A DNA stretch of 64,000 bases from a virus. Below are positions 1-8,027 of this stretch, piece by piece. The first letter of the stretch is position 1. Every line of letters starts with the position of its first letter. The translations under genes were made by a program, and so were the position numbers. The notes beneath the pieces are model-generated. The model was not told where the DNA came from, searched no databases, and worked only from the letters and a program-made list of their open reading frames with translations. The stretch lies in IMG/VR virus record IMGVR_UViG_3300027733_000001. The stretch is one strand, 5' to 3'.

Positions 1-421
1 GTATTATTTGCGCTAGATCTGCTGGGAGATCAAGCACAATTTTTTCTAGCATCCGCAATTTATCTTCGTGCGGATTCGGAGGAGCATGTACAGGGTGGTA
101 CACCTCTTCAGGTATCGAGGCTAGTAACGTAGCGTTAGCTTGCAGTATTCTTTTGGTTTTCCTTAAGTGGTTGAATAGCTCGAATTTTGCTATTGTGCTC
201 GCCCAGTTAAAGAAGTCTGTATCTGGCTTAAATGTGTCGTACTTGTTCCACATAGTCAATGCGGCTTTCTGTACAACATCCTCCATATCGCTGTTACACG
301 CCGACAGACTGCATAACAGTCTCAAGATGCTAGGTCTGTATTTTTTAAAATTTTGACTGAACTCTGCAATCCTGCATGCTGATTTATCTGTCGTACGGAC
401 AGAAACCTTCACAGTTGTCAT
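1..421 (-). CDS. ECF-type RNA polymerase sigma-70 factor, partial (runs off the window start)
   Basis: Not in the ORF track. Manual translation from ATG 421 gives MTTVKV...DMEDVVQKAALTMWNKYDTFKPDTDFFNWASTIAKFELFNHLRKTKR, a sigma region 2 signature resembling the Rhodopirellula/Verrucomicrobium ECF family. Confidence 0.8.
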   Translation of the reverse strand, partial: MTTVKVSVRTTDKSACRIAEFSQNFKKYRPSILRLLCSLSACNSDMEDVVQKAALTMWNKYDTFKPDTDFFNWASTIAKFELFNHLRKTKRILQANATLLASIPEEVYHPVHAPPNPHEDKLRMLEKIVLDLPADLAQII

Positions 422-602
422 AGTCTTTTTCGGGAGGGTCTTGTTCTTCTGTGTGTCCGCATTCCGAGCAACTAGCAGAGTCGTCACTCACATCTAATAT
501 ATTGCCACAATCAGGGCACTCATACTCGCGCTCAGCGTACGCAGGATCTTCATCTCCGGGGAATCCCATACAAGCCATATTAAACCTCCTCCTTTTTTTC
601 AA
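384..602 (-). CDS. small zinc-ribbon protein
   Basis: CPDCG...CSECG pairs in an acidic 72-aa ORF. Confidence 0.6.
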   Translation of the reverse strand: MKKRRRFNMACMGFPGDEDPAYAEREYECPDCGNILDVSDDSASCSECGHTEEQDPPEKDYDNCEGFCPYDR

Positions 603-768
603 GTAAACCTTCTAGGAAACATGAAGCACAGATATATCGCGTTTCCTTTAGTGGATCATTTTCTGGTCTGGATGTTTCCAGTAATTCTTTAGCCCACATG
701 GATATGTGTTCTAGTTTCTTTTTAAGTTCAGCCAGTTCTTGCTGGTCGATTTCTGTGTCTGTAGACAT
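580..768 (-). CDS. hypothetical protein
   Basis: 62-aa ORF packed between its neighbours, CxxC near the C-terminus. Confidence 0.55.
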   Translation of the reverse strand: MSTDTEIDQQELAELKKKLEHISMWAKELLETSRPENDPLKETRYICASCFLEGLLEKKEEV

Positions 769-778
769 AGCTATTATA

Positions 779-1450
779 TTATGTTGTAGTGAACCTGTTG
801 AATGCGTCCTGCATCAACCCTAGGTAGTTTTGGTGATTGTGACATATGTCTGAGTAACCAGACCTCTGCACACATAATAATTCGTTGACTATATAGCAGT
901 TGTTTTTGATTAGATAATCTTTTGCCAGATAGATGTCTATTGCGTCGTATTTGGCAGATATAGTGTCTCCCCAGTAAGCTGAGGAATCGATGCCGCTAAT
1001 TAAGGCATCAAGTCCTTTCTTAGAGTAGGCTATTGCATGGGTAGTGAACGCACTAATCAGTCTCAAAAGGTCCTGCGAATATTTCTCCACAGGGCGTGCA
1101 TGAAACTGGTCGGTTAGTGTTGCTCCGAGATATAGGGCATCCCAGTCGCTAGGTAATTGCTGCAGTGCAGCATTTAGTTTATTGTTGGTGTGTTCTGGAT
1201 CTCTAGGGAAATGAATATCGTCCTCGCATATAAGTACAGATTCATATCCAGCAGCCAGAGCTTTCTCGACAGAATTACATATCGCTCTAATGCATCCTAC
1301 CCTGCCAGAGGAGGCCACTACACCAGGAATACGTTCATAGTTAGTTATACCTACAGAGGCGAACGCATCCACACTTTCTTGCCATCTATCAGGCCTAGAT
1401 TCTAGATTGATGCAGTAAACTTTATCAAAGTACTTAAAGGCCTCCATCAT
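779..1450 (-). CDS. glycosyltransferase family 25-like
   Basis: YCINLESRPDRW, GRVGC, LICEDD and WDALYLG motifs. Confidence 0.85.
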   Translation of the reverse strand: MMEAFKYFDKVYCINLESRPDRWQESVDAFASVGITNYERIPGVVASSGRVGCIRAICNSVEKALAAGYESVLICEDDIHFPRDPEHTNNKLNAALQQLPSDWDALYLGATLTDQFHARPVEKYSQDLLRLISAFTTHAIAYSKKGLDALISGIDSSAYWGDTISAKYDAIDIYLAKDYLIKNNCYIVNELLCVQRSGYSDICHNHQNYLGLMQDAFNRFTTT

Positions 1451-2262
1451 ATAATAATACTGTTTTCGATGTAGATGTCTTGCCAGTTTTGTGGGCCGCT
1501 AGACCCAAACCATCTAGCAGGGAAGATTATCTGCTTATCTAGATTGTCCGAAAGGTAGGCAGACCACCAACCAAATGTGGAATTTGTACAGATAAAGTTA
1601 CTACACAAAGAGGCCAACCATAACTGTTTCCAGTCAGCACCTACAACGTTAGTAATTTTACCTCTAGGTATAAGCCTAGGTAACACATCGTCACACCAAG
1701 CATAGTCGTCTGACACCACAAGATAGTGCTCTGGATTAGTTGCACGATTGATCTCCAACGCATCCACAATATACTCTAGTGTGGTGGGAGGATGTATTTC
1801 TGGGTATTTAAGATAGTCTCCTCTGCGTACAAATAAGGCAGTAGTGTTTGCTTTGAGTTGAGGAAACTCAGCTAGCAGTTCTTGCTTTGTGTTGGCTGGG
1901 GCTCCAAACAAATCCACAATATTGTTTCTATAGTCTTTAAAGTATTTTTCACTTTGGAAGTAGCCATAGAATTTTATAGACCTGTCCCAACTTGGAGCTA
2001 TTTCCCTATAGCTGAATCCTGCTTCGTGCAGATTTGCCCAACCGATTGGGTAGTTTTCTACAAAGTTAATATTTTGCAGAATATTCGATGTGTATTTCGA
2101 TGCCTGTCTTTCAGGGAACTGTTCGATGTGTGCAACATGCAGCTCAAACACGGCCGACACATCGACTCCTGCTGCTTGAGCTTTCCACGTTTGTGCGTAA
2201 GCGTGAGCGAGCTGAAACATTTGATTACCTAGCCCACCCATCAATTGTGCTGAACTATACAT
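1447..2262 (-). CDS. alpha-1,2-fucosyltransferase (GT11)
   Basis: GGLGNQMFQ, GYFQSEKYF, VRRGDY, SDD and NSTFGWW motifs. Confidence 0.9.
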   Translation of the reverse strand: MYSSAQLMGGLGNQMFQLAHAYAQTWKAQAAGVDVSAVFELHVAHIEQFPERQASKYTSNILQNINFVENYPIGWANLHEAGFSYREIAPSWDRSIKFYGYFQSEKYFKDYRNNIVDLFGAPANTKQELLAEFPQLKANTTALFVRRGDYLKYPEIHPPTTLEYIVDALEINRATNPEHYLVVSDDYAWCDDVLPRLIPRGKITNVVGADWKQLWLASLCSNFICTNSTFGWWSAYLSDNLDKQIIFPARWFGSSGPQNWQDIYIENSIII

Positions 2263-2263
2263 G

Positions 2264-2485
2264 TTACCTGTTTTCTAGATAATTACCTATAGCCTCTTCT
2301 GCTGCTTTGTATTCACTGGCATGTGAAGCTATACGCTTTGTGTCGTTAGCCCAAAAGATCTCTCGATCGTCCTGGTCATAATCTACTACCACAAATTTAC
2401 CTTCATCAATATTTACGTTATAGGCCTGCACATTGACAGACCAGTGCACACACTCGACTTCTTTGCTTTTTGGTTTTTTAGACAT
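2264..2485 (-). CDS. hypothetical protein
   Basis: 73-aa ORF, tightly packed. Confidence 0.6.
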   Translation of the reverse strand: MSKKPKSKEVECVHWSVNVQAYNVNIDEGKFVVVDYDQDDREIFWANDTKRIASHASEYKAAEEAIGNYLENR

Positions 2486-2491
2486 GAATTT

Positions 2492-2716
2492 CTATGGTTT
2501 ACTGGCTTCCATCATTACCTCTTCAGCGTAATATACACTGAGTACCATGTTACCTTTAGGGTCGGGATGCTCAAACTCATACAGTGGTTTGATCGGTCGC
2601 TCTTCAGTATCCTTATCGAACACTGCGACACATCGGGCTATACCGAAATAAGAGCCTTCTGGCTCTGCTTTATCTTCGTAATTGATATAGTAGAATCTTC
2701 CTATTTTGGGGATCAT
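2492..2716 (-). CDS. hypothetical protein (start moved to ATG 2716)
   Basis: The track's GTG start at 2809 reads through a tRNA-Tyr; ATG of MIPKIG lies 5 nt after the tRNA CCA. Confidence 0.65.
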   Translation of the reverse strand: MIPKIGRFYYINYEDKAEPEGSYFGIARCVAVFDKDTEERPIKPLYEFEHPDPKGNMVLSVYYAEEVMMEASKP

Positions 2717-2721
2717 AAGAG

Positions 2722-2807
2722 TGGTGGGTAGTGTGGGTATCGAACCCACCCAGCCTTGCGGCGCCAGATTTACAGTCTGGACTGTGTCCTTAACAGTATA
2801 ACTACCC
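2722..2807 (-). tRNA. tRNA-Tyr(GUA), class II, CCA encoded
   Basis: Acceptor GGGTAGT/ACTACCC-A-CCA; anticodon arm CCAGA-CTGTAAA-TCTGG; variable arm GCC-GCAA-GGC; T arm GTGGG-TTCGATA-CCCAC; D arm somewhat atypical. Confidence 0.9.
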
Positions 2808-2813
2808 AACTAA

Positions 2814-3428
2814 TTAAACCTGTACGTAAGTATGCAGGTCAAATAAATAAAGTTGATCGCGTGTAGATCTATATACCTCGCATGGTTTGTTGTAGGCTGC
2901 CATAACTACTGACCCTCCAGAATGCTGACACACAAACTTTTTTGCACTGGTCGCAATATCCACCCATTCAAAAATATTGCTTGAGTGTAGCGCATTGTTT
3001 ATACAAGGATCAATACAATTTACATAAATCGCATCTGGATACTTATGTTTTATGGTGTTAATCGCTGAGCTGCTGTTTGCGGCCGCAGCATTGAGGTCCA
3101 CAACCACCTCAGAAAAAACCCGCTCTATTTTTTGCGGAGAGTAATATAGTTTTGGTCGAGAATTAAACACTTTCCCGAACAGTTGCTGCTCCCACTGCTG
3201 TACAATATTTCCTCCAAATGTGCAGCTGTATACTGTGTTGCCTGGCATATCCAGATAACCTTTCACAAATGGATTAGTATCCCACACTAGTTTCTTAATG
3301 TCAGTATTCCTATAGGTATTGTGGTTAGATACGTATACATCTATACCTAAAGAGTGCGCTACTTCAGGTATAGTGCTTAGCTGCAAGTTGTCTCCTAACC
3401 CTCCCCAAGGCTGAGATATGATAATCAT
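2814..3428 (-). CDS. putative glycosyltransferase (GT-B-like)
   Basis: N-terminal GGLGDNLQ motif as in GT9/GT11-like enzymes; located in the glycosylation cluster. Confidence 0.55.
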   Translation of the reverse strand: MIIISQPWGGLGDNLQLSTIPEVAHSLGIDVYVSNHNTYRNTDIKKLVWDTNPFVKGYLDMPGNTVYSCTFGGNIVQQWEQQLFGKVFNSRPKLYYSPQKIERVFSEVVVDLNAAAANSSSAINTIKHKYPDAIYVNCIDPCINNALHSSNIFEWVDIATSAKKFVCQHSGGSVVMAAYNKPCEVYRSTRDQLYLFDLHTYVQV

Positions 3429-4054
3429 ACCGCTCTGAAAAGCCCTGTAAGTATGTTGGACAGTTTGCCGTCACCTTTGCGAATAGTGTCCTCTATGTTA
3501 GATAGCGCTACTGGTTTAAAATCTAGCTCAGCCATGAAGTTAATCAAAGCTGTTCTATTAAAGTGCCACAGGTGTTCGTCAGGGCGCCGATGTTTCCATT
3601 TTTCAAACCACTCATCAGAAAGATAATGACATTCCGGAACAGATATATAGATATACTCTGTGTTTAATTCAGCTATAGTGTAAATATCATCAAAATGCTC
3701 AAGTACGTCGAAAAAGCAAACTGCATCATATGTACTATTACATATATCAACTACCTCCGTACAGTTTTCAGGTATTGGGTAGTTATTAACCTCGAAACCG
3801 TAGCAATTAGTTATAGCTTTGGATGCAGCTTTTAAAAAATCTCCGTTACCGTAACCTACATCCAATATCGAAGATATTCTAGACTTGCATGCACCTAGCA
3901 AATACCCTAAACGCAAATACGCCATATTCTTAGATAGCTCACCATATGCATCGTATCTTTTCGCAATGTAAGGTACGTCGTATTTCTGTTTCTCGTGCAG
4001 TATACTGTCTTGCTTGATTATGCCGTTAGCTAATTTACTATAATTGGTGAGCAT
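3425..4054 (-). CDS. class I SAM-dependent methyltransferase (start moved to ATG 4054)
   Basis: ILDVGYGNGDFL (motif I), FFDVLEH, EHLWHF; the first 24 codons of the track ORF are tRNA-Pro sequence. Confidence 0.85.
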   Translation of the reverse strand: MLTNYSKLANGIIKQDSILHEKQKYDVPYIAKRYDAYGELSKNMAYLRLGYLLGACKSRISSILDVGYGNGDFLKAASKAITNCYGFEVNNYPIPENCTEVVDICNSTYDAVCFFDVLEHFDDIYTIAELNTEYIYISVPECHYLSDEWFEKWKHRRPDEHLWHFNRTALINFMAELDFKPVALSNIEDTIRKGDGKLSNILTGLFRAV

Positions 4055-4070
4055 GCGTTGGTGTGTTATT

Positions 4071-4146
4071 TGGTCGTGACGGAGAGACTCGAACTCTCGA
4101 TACCCTGCTCCCAAAGCAGGTGCCATAGCCGCTAGGCGACGTCACG
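4071..4146 (-). tRNA. tRNA-Pro(UGG), CCA encoded
   Basis: Acceptor CGTGACG/CGTCACG-A-CCA; anticodon arm CCTGC-TTTGGGA-GCAGG; T arm GAGAG-TTCGAGT-CTCTC. Confidence 0.93.
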
Positions 4147-4214
4147 TATAAATATTGTATTGATGGTATCTCTAAGCACAGGGATTTGACAAGATGTCGA
4201 CACATTGTACATAA

Positions 4215-4478
4215 TTATTTCTTAAAATACACACCAGCTAGTGTACCAAAAAACGAACCAATGCAAGAAGGTATGATCAGCCAATGGTTTTCAATATAGC
4301 CTATAGCTGTGATACTGGCAACCAAATTTATTAAAGCAGACCAACCACTGGCCGCAATATATCTGCTTTCTTGTGCGGCTCTAATATAATACGCATAAAA
4401 CACATTGACTGTAAATACCGACACAAATGTTAGTAGCCATAGTAACATAAGACAATCAAGCGTTATAGGCCTCTTCAA
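4215..4478 (-). CDS. small membrane protein
   Basis: About three hydrophobic segments; start uncertain. Confidence 0.6.
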   Translation of the reverse strand: MKRPITLDCLMLLWLLTFVSVFTVNVFYAYYIRAAQESRYIAASGWSALINLVASITAIGYIENHWLIIPSCIGSFFGTLAGVYFKK

Positions 4479-5193
4479 ATGACAAATAGCGACGATAATT
4501 AGGATCCTGTCGATGTCCTCCGTTGGGACCAGGGCCGTATGTAGGAGCTCTGTATAGTAAAGCTAAATCATTTACACCGACGAAGTCTGTAGTGTGTGTT
4601 TTTAAAATATTGTTGTGTACAAAGTAACAGTTGGTTCCAGATGAGTCGCAACATACTAAAGAATAGTTGTATTTTGCTGTTAGTTTGGACCAGGAAAGCA
4701 AAGATGCTCCGAAGTAGTTGCTATATCCGTCCCAGCTACCCTGAGAAGAATACACTACAATTTTATCGTCGGCTGTGTCGTGTGTACCATTGTATTCAAA
4801 AATTAAAATATCGCATGTATAGTACTTAAGTATCTCTTTAGCGCAATAAAAGTCATTATAGTCGATATCTATCGAAAGCAGATTGATATGCTTTGGTACA
4901 TTGTATTTTTGAAAAAGGGTGATCACATTCTCTTTAGTGACCACCTCTTTTTTGAGGTTTAGCGCAGGATCTTCATAGCCGCCGTCCATCAAAAGTCCTT
5001 CCCAACCTGTACATAGTTGTTTGAGTATTCTTGTATTACATTCTGCTCCGCTCTGTACGCCGAACTCTACATAGTATTTAGTAGAGTAATTTTCAGGATA
5101 CAAACACTCAACCAATTTAAGCGTTATGCCATCTTCCCCGTGTTGAGAGAATACTTTTCGTTCGTAATTATTTAAGTCGATCATAACTCTCAA
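4456..5193 (-). CDS. FkbM-like methyltransferase
   Basis: VEFGV...CNTR, GLLMDG, LLSIDIDYNDF, IFEYN; start may be ATG 5184. Confidence 0.7.
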   Translation of the reverse strand: MRVMIDLNNYERKVFSQHGEDGITLKLVECLYPENYSTKYYVEFGVQSGAECNTRILKQLCTGWEGLLMDGGYEDPALNLKKEVVTKENVITLFQKYNVPKHINLLSIDIDYNDFYCAKEILKYYTCDILIFEYNGTHDTADDKIVVYSSQGSWDGYSNYFGASLLSWSKLTAKYNYSLVCCDSSGTNCYFVHNNILKTHTTDFVGVNDLALLYRAPTYGPGPNGGHRQDPNYRRYLSFEEAYNA

Positions 5194-5205
5194 CGTCTAA
5201 AAAAT

Positions 5206-5280
5206 TGGAGCCAGCACTCGGGTTCGAACCGAGGACCTACGGTTTACAAAACCGGTGCTCTACCACTGAGCTATGCTGGC
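5206..5280 (-). tRNA. tRNA-Thr(UGU), CCA encoded
   Basis: Acceptor GCCAGCA/TGCTGGC-T-CCA; D arm GCTC/GAGC; anticodon loop TTTGTAA; T arm CTCGG-TTCGAAC-CCGAG. Confidence 0.93.
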
Positions 5281-5285
5281 CTTTT

Positions 5286-5320
5286 GCCCCCAGCCATATT
5301 AACGGGCTATGGCTGGGGGC
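5286..5320. terminator. GC-rich hairpin (terminator or processing site) just upstream of tRNA-Thr
   Basis: Perfect 13-bp stem GCCCCCAGCCATA/TATGGCTGGGGGC; no clear U-tract on the minus strand. Confidence 0.5.
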
Positions 5321-5332
5321 GTGGGTTTCGGC

Positions 5333-5605
5333 CTATAGTAGGCCCTGGTCTTTCATCTCTTTATACTGCTTGCGCGCCAGCACTAATCCTTCAGGAGTGT
5401 ATTTATATACTCCAGGAGTGGCTGTTCTTTCAACAAACCCCTCTAGTTCAAGATAGTGCATGGCTTTCTTGGCTCTCAAGTCTACCGCAGCCAGCATCTT
5501 TTGGACTTCCAGAGCTTCATCACTCTGAGCGTCTTCCTCTTCTTCTTCAGACCAGCTGTCGTACTCATCATTGGACATATTTGAATTATTTCGAAAACTG
5601 CTCAC
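5333..5605 (-). CDS. hypothetical protein with acidic N-terminus
   Basis: 90-aa ORF with a poly-Glu tract. Confidence 0.65.
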   Translation of the reverse strand: MSSFRNNSNMSNDEYDSWSEEEEEDAQSDEALEVQKMLAAVDLRAKKAMHYLELEGFVERTATPGVYKYTPEGLVLARKQYKEMKDQGLL

Positions 5606-5669
5606 GAAGTAAAGAATTATTGTTGCGTAACTATCAAAACTTCAAGGCAAGCATTGATATGTTTGAGAC

Positions 5670-6014
5670 TCATTTAGTTGCACTTCTGCGAGTCGCCCAT
5701 GCTTTGTGGGCAGCTGCAGAACGGCGTGCTGCTCTACTATTATTTTTTTGTTTAGTTTTAACTGCCTTACATGCAGCTTCCTTTCGGACAGCTTTGAGCC
5801 TAGCGTTTTTGCGTCGGGTTTCCCATGACTTATATGCGGCCTCAGAGGCTTTACTTCTAACCGCAGCTTTCATAGGCTTAATCTTCACCTTGGTAACATG
5901 ACCCATCTTAACGCCGTATTCCTCTTCCTTAATTAGCCTTTTGGCTAGGATCATACCTGCTTTGACCATGTCTGTGAGGATCTTAGTTACTGCTTTTTCG
6001 TGTGTTTTTTTCAT
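5670..6014 (-). CDS. small basic (Lys/Ala/Arg-rich) putative DNA-binding protein
   Basis: Repeated motif AAYKSWETRRK / AAHKAWATRRS; start uncertain. Confidence 0.6.
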   Translation of the reverse strand: MKKTHEKAVTKILTDMVKAGMILAKRLIKEEEYGVKMGHVTKVKIKPMKAAVRSKASEAAYKSWETRRKNARLKAVRKEAACKAVKTKQKNNSRAARRSAAAHKAWATRRSATK

Positions 6015-6031
6015 ATACTTAATCTAGTTCA

Positions 6032-6784
6032 CTATTCTAATACATGACTCCAGTAGCGGCTGTCTGTATATCCTTGCTTTACATCCCAGTATATGCATCG
6101 CGCAACGTATGGAGGAATCTGCCACATATTACACATATCTAGCCAATGCCTCTCGATTTTCTCGTATTGCTTTGCGTCTTTTGTCTGATCCAGGCCATAG
6201 GCCTGAAACATATGGGTATCCAGACAAACAAGTTTCGCCTGTGTGGGATAGCACATTTCTACGGCAAAACTAGTCTTTGCAGGTCCCAATCCTAGTGTTA
6301 TACGTTTAAGTCTGTTTCTGAAATCTACCCAGGATTCTCCTGCCGCCTTCTTATATGCGCTAGGGTTTTCCCAGAATTTGTATACGAATTCAGAAATGAA
6401 CTTGACTCGCACATTATGCATACCTACCCGACTATTCTGTATAGAGTCGAGTAGATTGTCCCATTTATTCAGCCATAGCCACCACTGCTTGATGGCCATG
6501 TAACCTGTGATGTTCGCCTTCCATGAAGTGTGCACACTCATGAAAGCGAACAGCCAGCGCTGAAGCATCTCACTATCATTCTTTGGAGCTATACTATTCC
6601 AATAGTCCGTGTAGGTCGGAACCATAGAATAGTCCATCTCGTTAAAGAACTTTTCAATCGTCGAATATCGCCACGCCTCAGTTTTTTTAGCTGCGTGTCT
6701 TTGTTCGACGTCCCATAGCTCTAATTGAACTTTTGGTGGGGACACTGAAGTGCCGTCATAACCGGTAATAAAGTTAAGCTGCAT
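6032..6784 (-). CDS. HhH-superfamily N-glycosylase/DNA lyase (OGG-like)
   Basis: HhH motif LGLGPAKTSF with Lys, followed by CLDTH (catalytic Asp position). Confidence 0.65.
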   Translation of the reverse strand: MQLNFITGYDGTSVSPPKVQLELWDVEQRHAAKKTEAWRYSTIEKFFNEMDYSMVPTYTDYWNSIAPKNDSEMLQRWLFAFMSVHTSWKANITGYMAIKQWWLWLNKWDNLLDSIQNSRVGMHNVRVKFISEFVYKFWENPSAYKKAAGESWVDFRNRLKRITLGLGPAKTSFAVEMCYPTQAKLVCLDTHMFQAYGLDQTKDAKQYEKIERHWLDMCNMWQIPPYVARCIYWDVKQGYTDSRYWSHVLE

Positions 6785-7298
6785 TTTTAACCTTAGTTAA
6801 CTGGTTTTGATTCTTCCTGCGAAGGAACTCTGCAATCAGTAGTCCGTCTGCATCTTTTTTGATGTTTAGCTGCGGGAACAGCCTTTTACCTATATCTAGA
6901 CTAGCTTTTTTAAGCTCGTCGCTACCTTTAATGCCGCTAGGCAAAAGGTGTTTCTGCCACTCTTTACTGTCGATATACTCATAGGCCCATTGTGAATGCT
7001 CTAGAGCAATCAGTGTAGCTTCAAGAGCACGGATAGCGCTCATAGATGCATTGAACCTTGTACTGTTTACCATAGGTCGCTCAAGACCGACTTTTACAGT
7101 AGGTTCGTTGAAGTCTGCTATGATAGTTCCGAACAGTTCACAGATAGCAGAGAAATCTACCCTGGTTATGTGTTTTGCTTCTTTGGTATAACTCAACTCT
7201 CTTTTTACCGGTAAGGGATAGAGTTCGGCTACACCTTCACTATTGATGACACCTATACCATTGTTAGTTACTCCGTTGTCGATTCCAATATATAACAT
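6774..7298 (-). CDS. ruvC: RuvC-like Holliday junction resolvase
   Basis: YIGIDNG, GLERP, EWQKHL and DADGLLIA acidic motifs. Confidence 0.8.
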   Translation of the reverse strand: MLYIGIDNGVTNNGIGVINSEGVAELYPLPVKRELSYTKEAKHITRVDFSAICELFGTIIADFNEPTVKVGLERPMVNSTRFNASMSAIRALEATLIALEHSQWAYEYIDSKEWQKHLLPSGIKGSDELKKASLDIGKRLFPQLNIKKDADGLLIAEFLRRKNQNQLTKVKNAA

Positions 7299-7347
7299 AA
7301 TATGTAAGGCTCTAGACCTGGGATCGGACCAGATCTAGAACTGAAGG

Positions 7348-7536
7348 TCAGACAATGCTGTTAAGCAACTCCATTACTTTATCGTAATTTTTATGCTTTG
7401 CATTTCTTGACGTTAAGTTGTTTTTCAACCATCTAGCGTCGTCATTGTGCTTTACAGTTTTTCGATAGGTGGGAAGGTCCATCTTAGCAATGAGCTTCTC
7501 AACTTCCGCCAATTTCTGTAGATACTCACTAGCCAT
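7348..7536 (-). CDS. hypothetical protein (start moved to ATG 7536)
   Basis: MASEYL start lies 9 nt after the upstream stop. Confidence 0.6.
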   Translation of the reverse strand: MASEYLQKLAEVEKLIAKMDLPTYRKTVKHNDDARWLKNNLTSRNAKHKNYDKVMELLNSIV

Positions 7537-7544
7537 AATAGCTA

Positions 7545-8027
7545 CTATGTAGTCAGCAGTTTGATTTCTGCAGCAGACAGTCTGTCTAGAGCTGCAGCAA
7601 CTCCTGCAGAATAGCAGAACGTATCGTCTTCGGCACATTCGCTAGATACACAGATATAATTGCCTGATTTGTGTTTGATCACTACGTGCGTGTATCCACC
7701 CTTCGGCAGAAAAACATACATAGGATCTTTGCGAAACGTAGAAGGCACCACGATAGCTCTACCCTGGTGATTTCTGTTCCCCCACACATTGAACTGAGGC
7801 AGATATAGAGACCAGCGGAGATGTTTGACTCTCACACTGTTCCCTGCGACCTGCAGCGACTCTACAGTTACACCATTTTTGGAGGCATATGTAGGTTTGG
7901 TGGGCCTTTTTCTGGCAGACCATTCCCATGTGCGCCCTGTGGCTGTTTCTGTCTTGATGTATTTCTGTCGCTGTTCATCAAACACAACAGTGTACTCTGT
8001 ACTCGGGTTTTGCTCTAGGCTACTCAT
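7545..8027 (-). CDS. hypothetical protein
   Basis: 160-aa ORF coupled to recA. Confidence 0.7.
   Translation of the reverse strand: MSSLEQNPSTEYTVVFDEQRQKYIKTETATGRTWEWSARKRPTKPTYASKNGVTVESLQVAGNSVRVKHLRWSLYLPQFNVWGNRNHQGRAIVVPSTFRKDPMYVFLPKGGYTHVVIKHKSGNYICVSSECAEDDTFCYSAGVAAALDRLSAAEIKLLTT

Noticed and set aside
2717-2809. N-terminal extension of track ORF 2492..2809
   Set aside because: It is the tRNA-Tyr gene read as protein; the start was moved to 2716.
4055-4126. N-terminal extension of track ORF 3425..4126
   Set aside because: It overlaps tRNA-Pro; the start was moved to 4054.
5205-5901. Plus-strand ORFs 5205..5456 and 5284..5901
   Set aside because: They are antisense shadows of tRNA-Thr and of minus-strand genes, with no protein motifs.
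7311-7339. Intergenic hairpin TCTAGA-C-CTGG...CCAG-A-TCTAGA
   Set aside because: Interrupted stem built from a palindromic hexamer with no U-tract; function cannot be supported.
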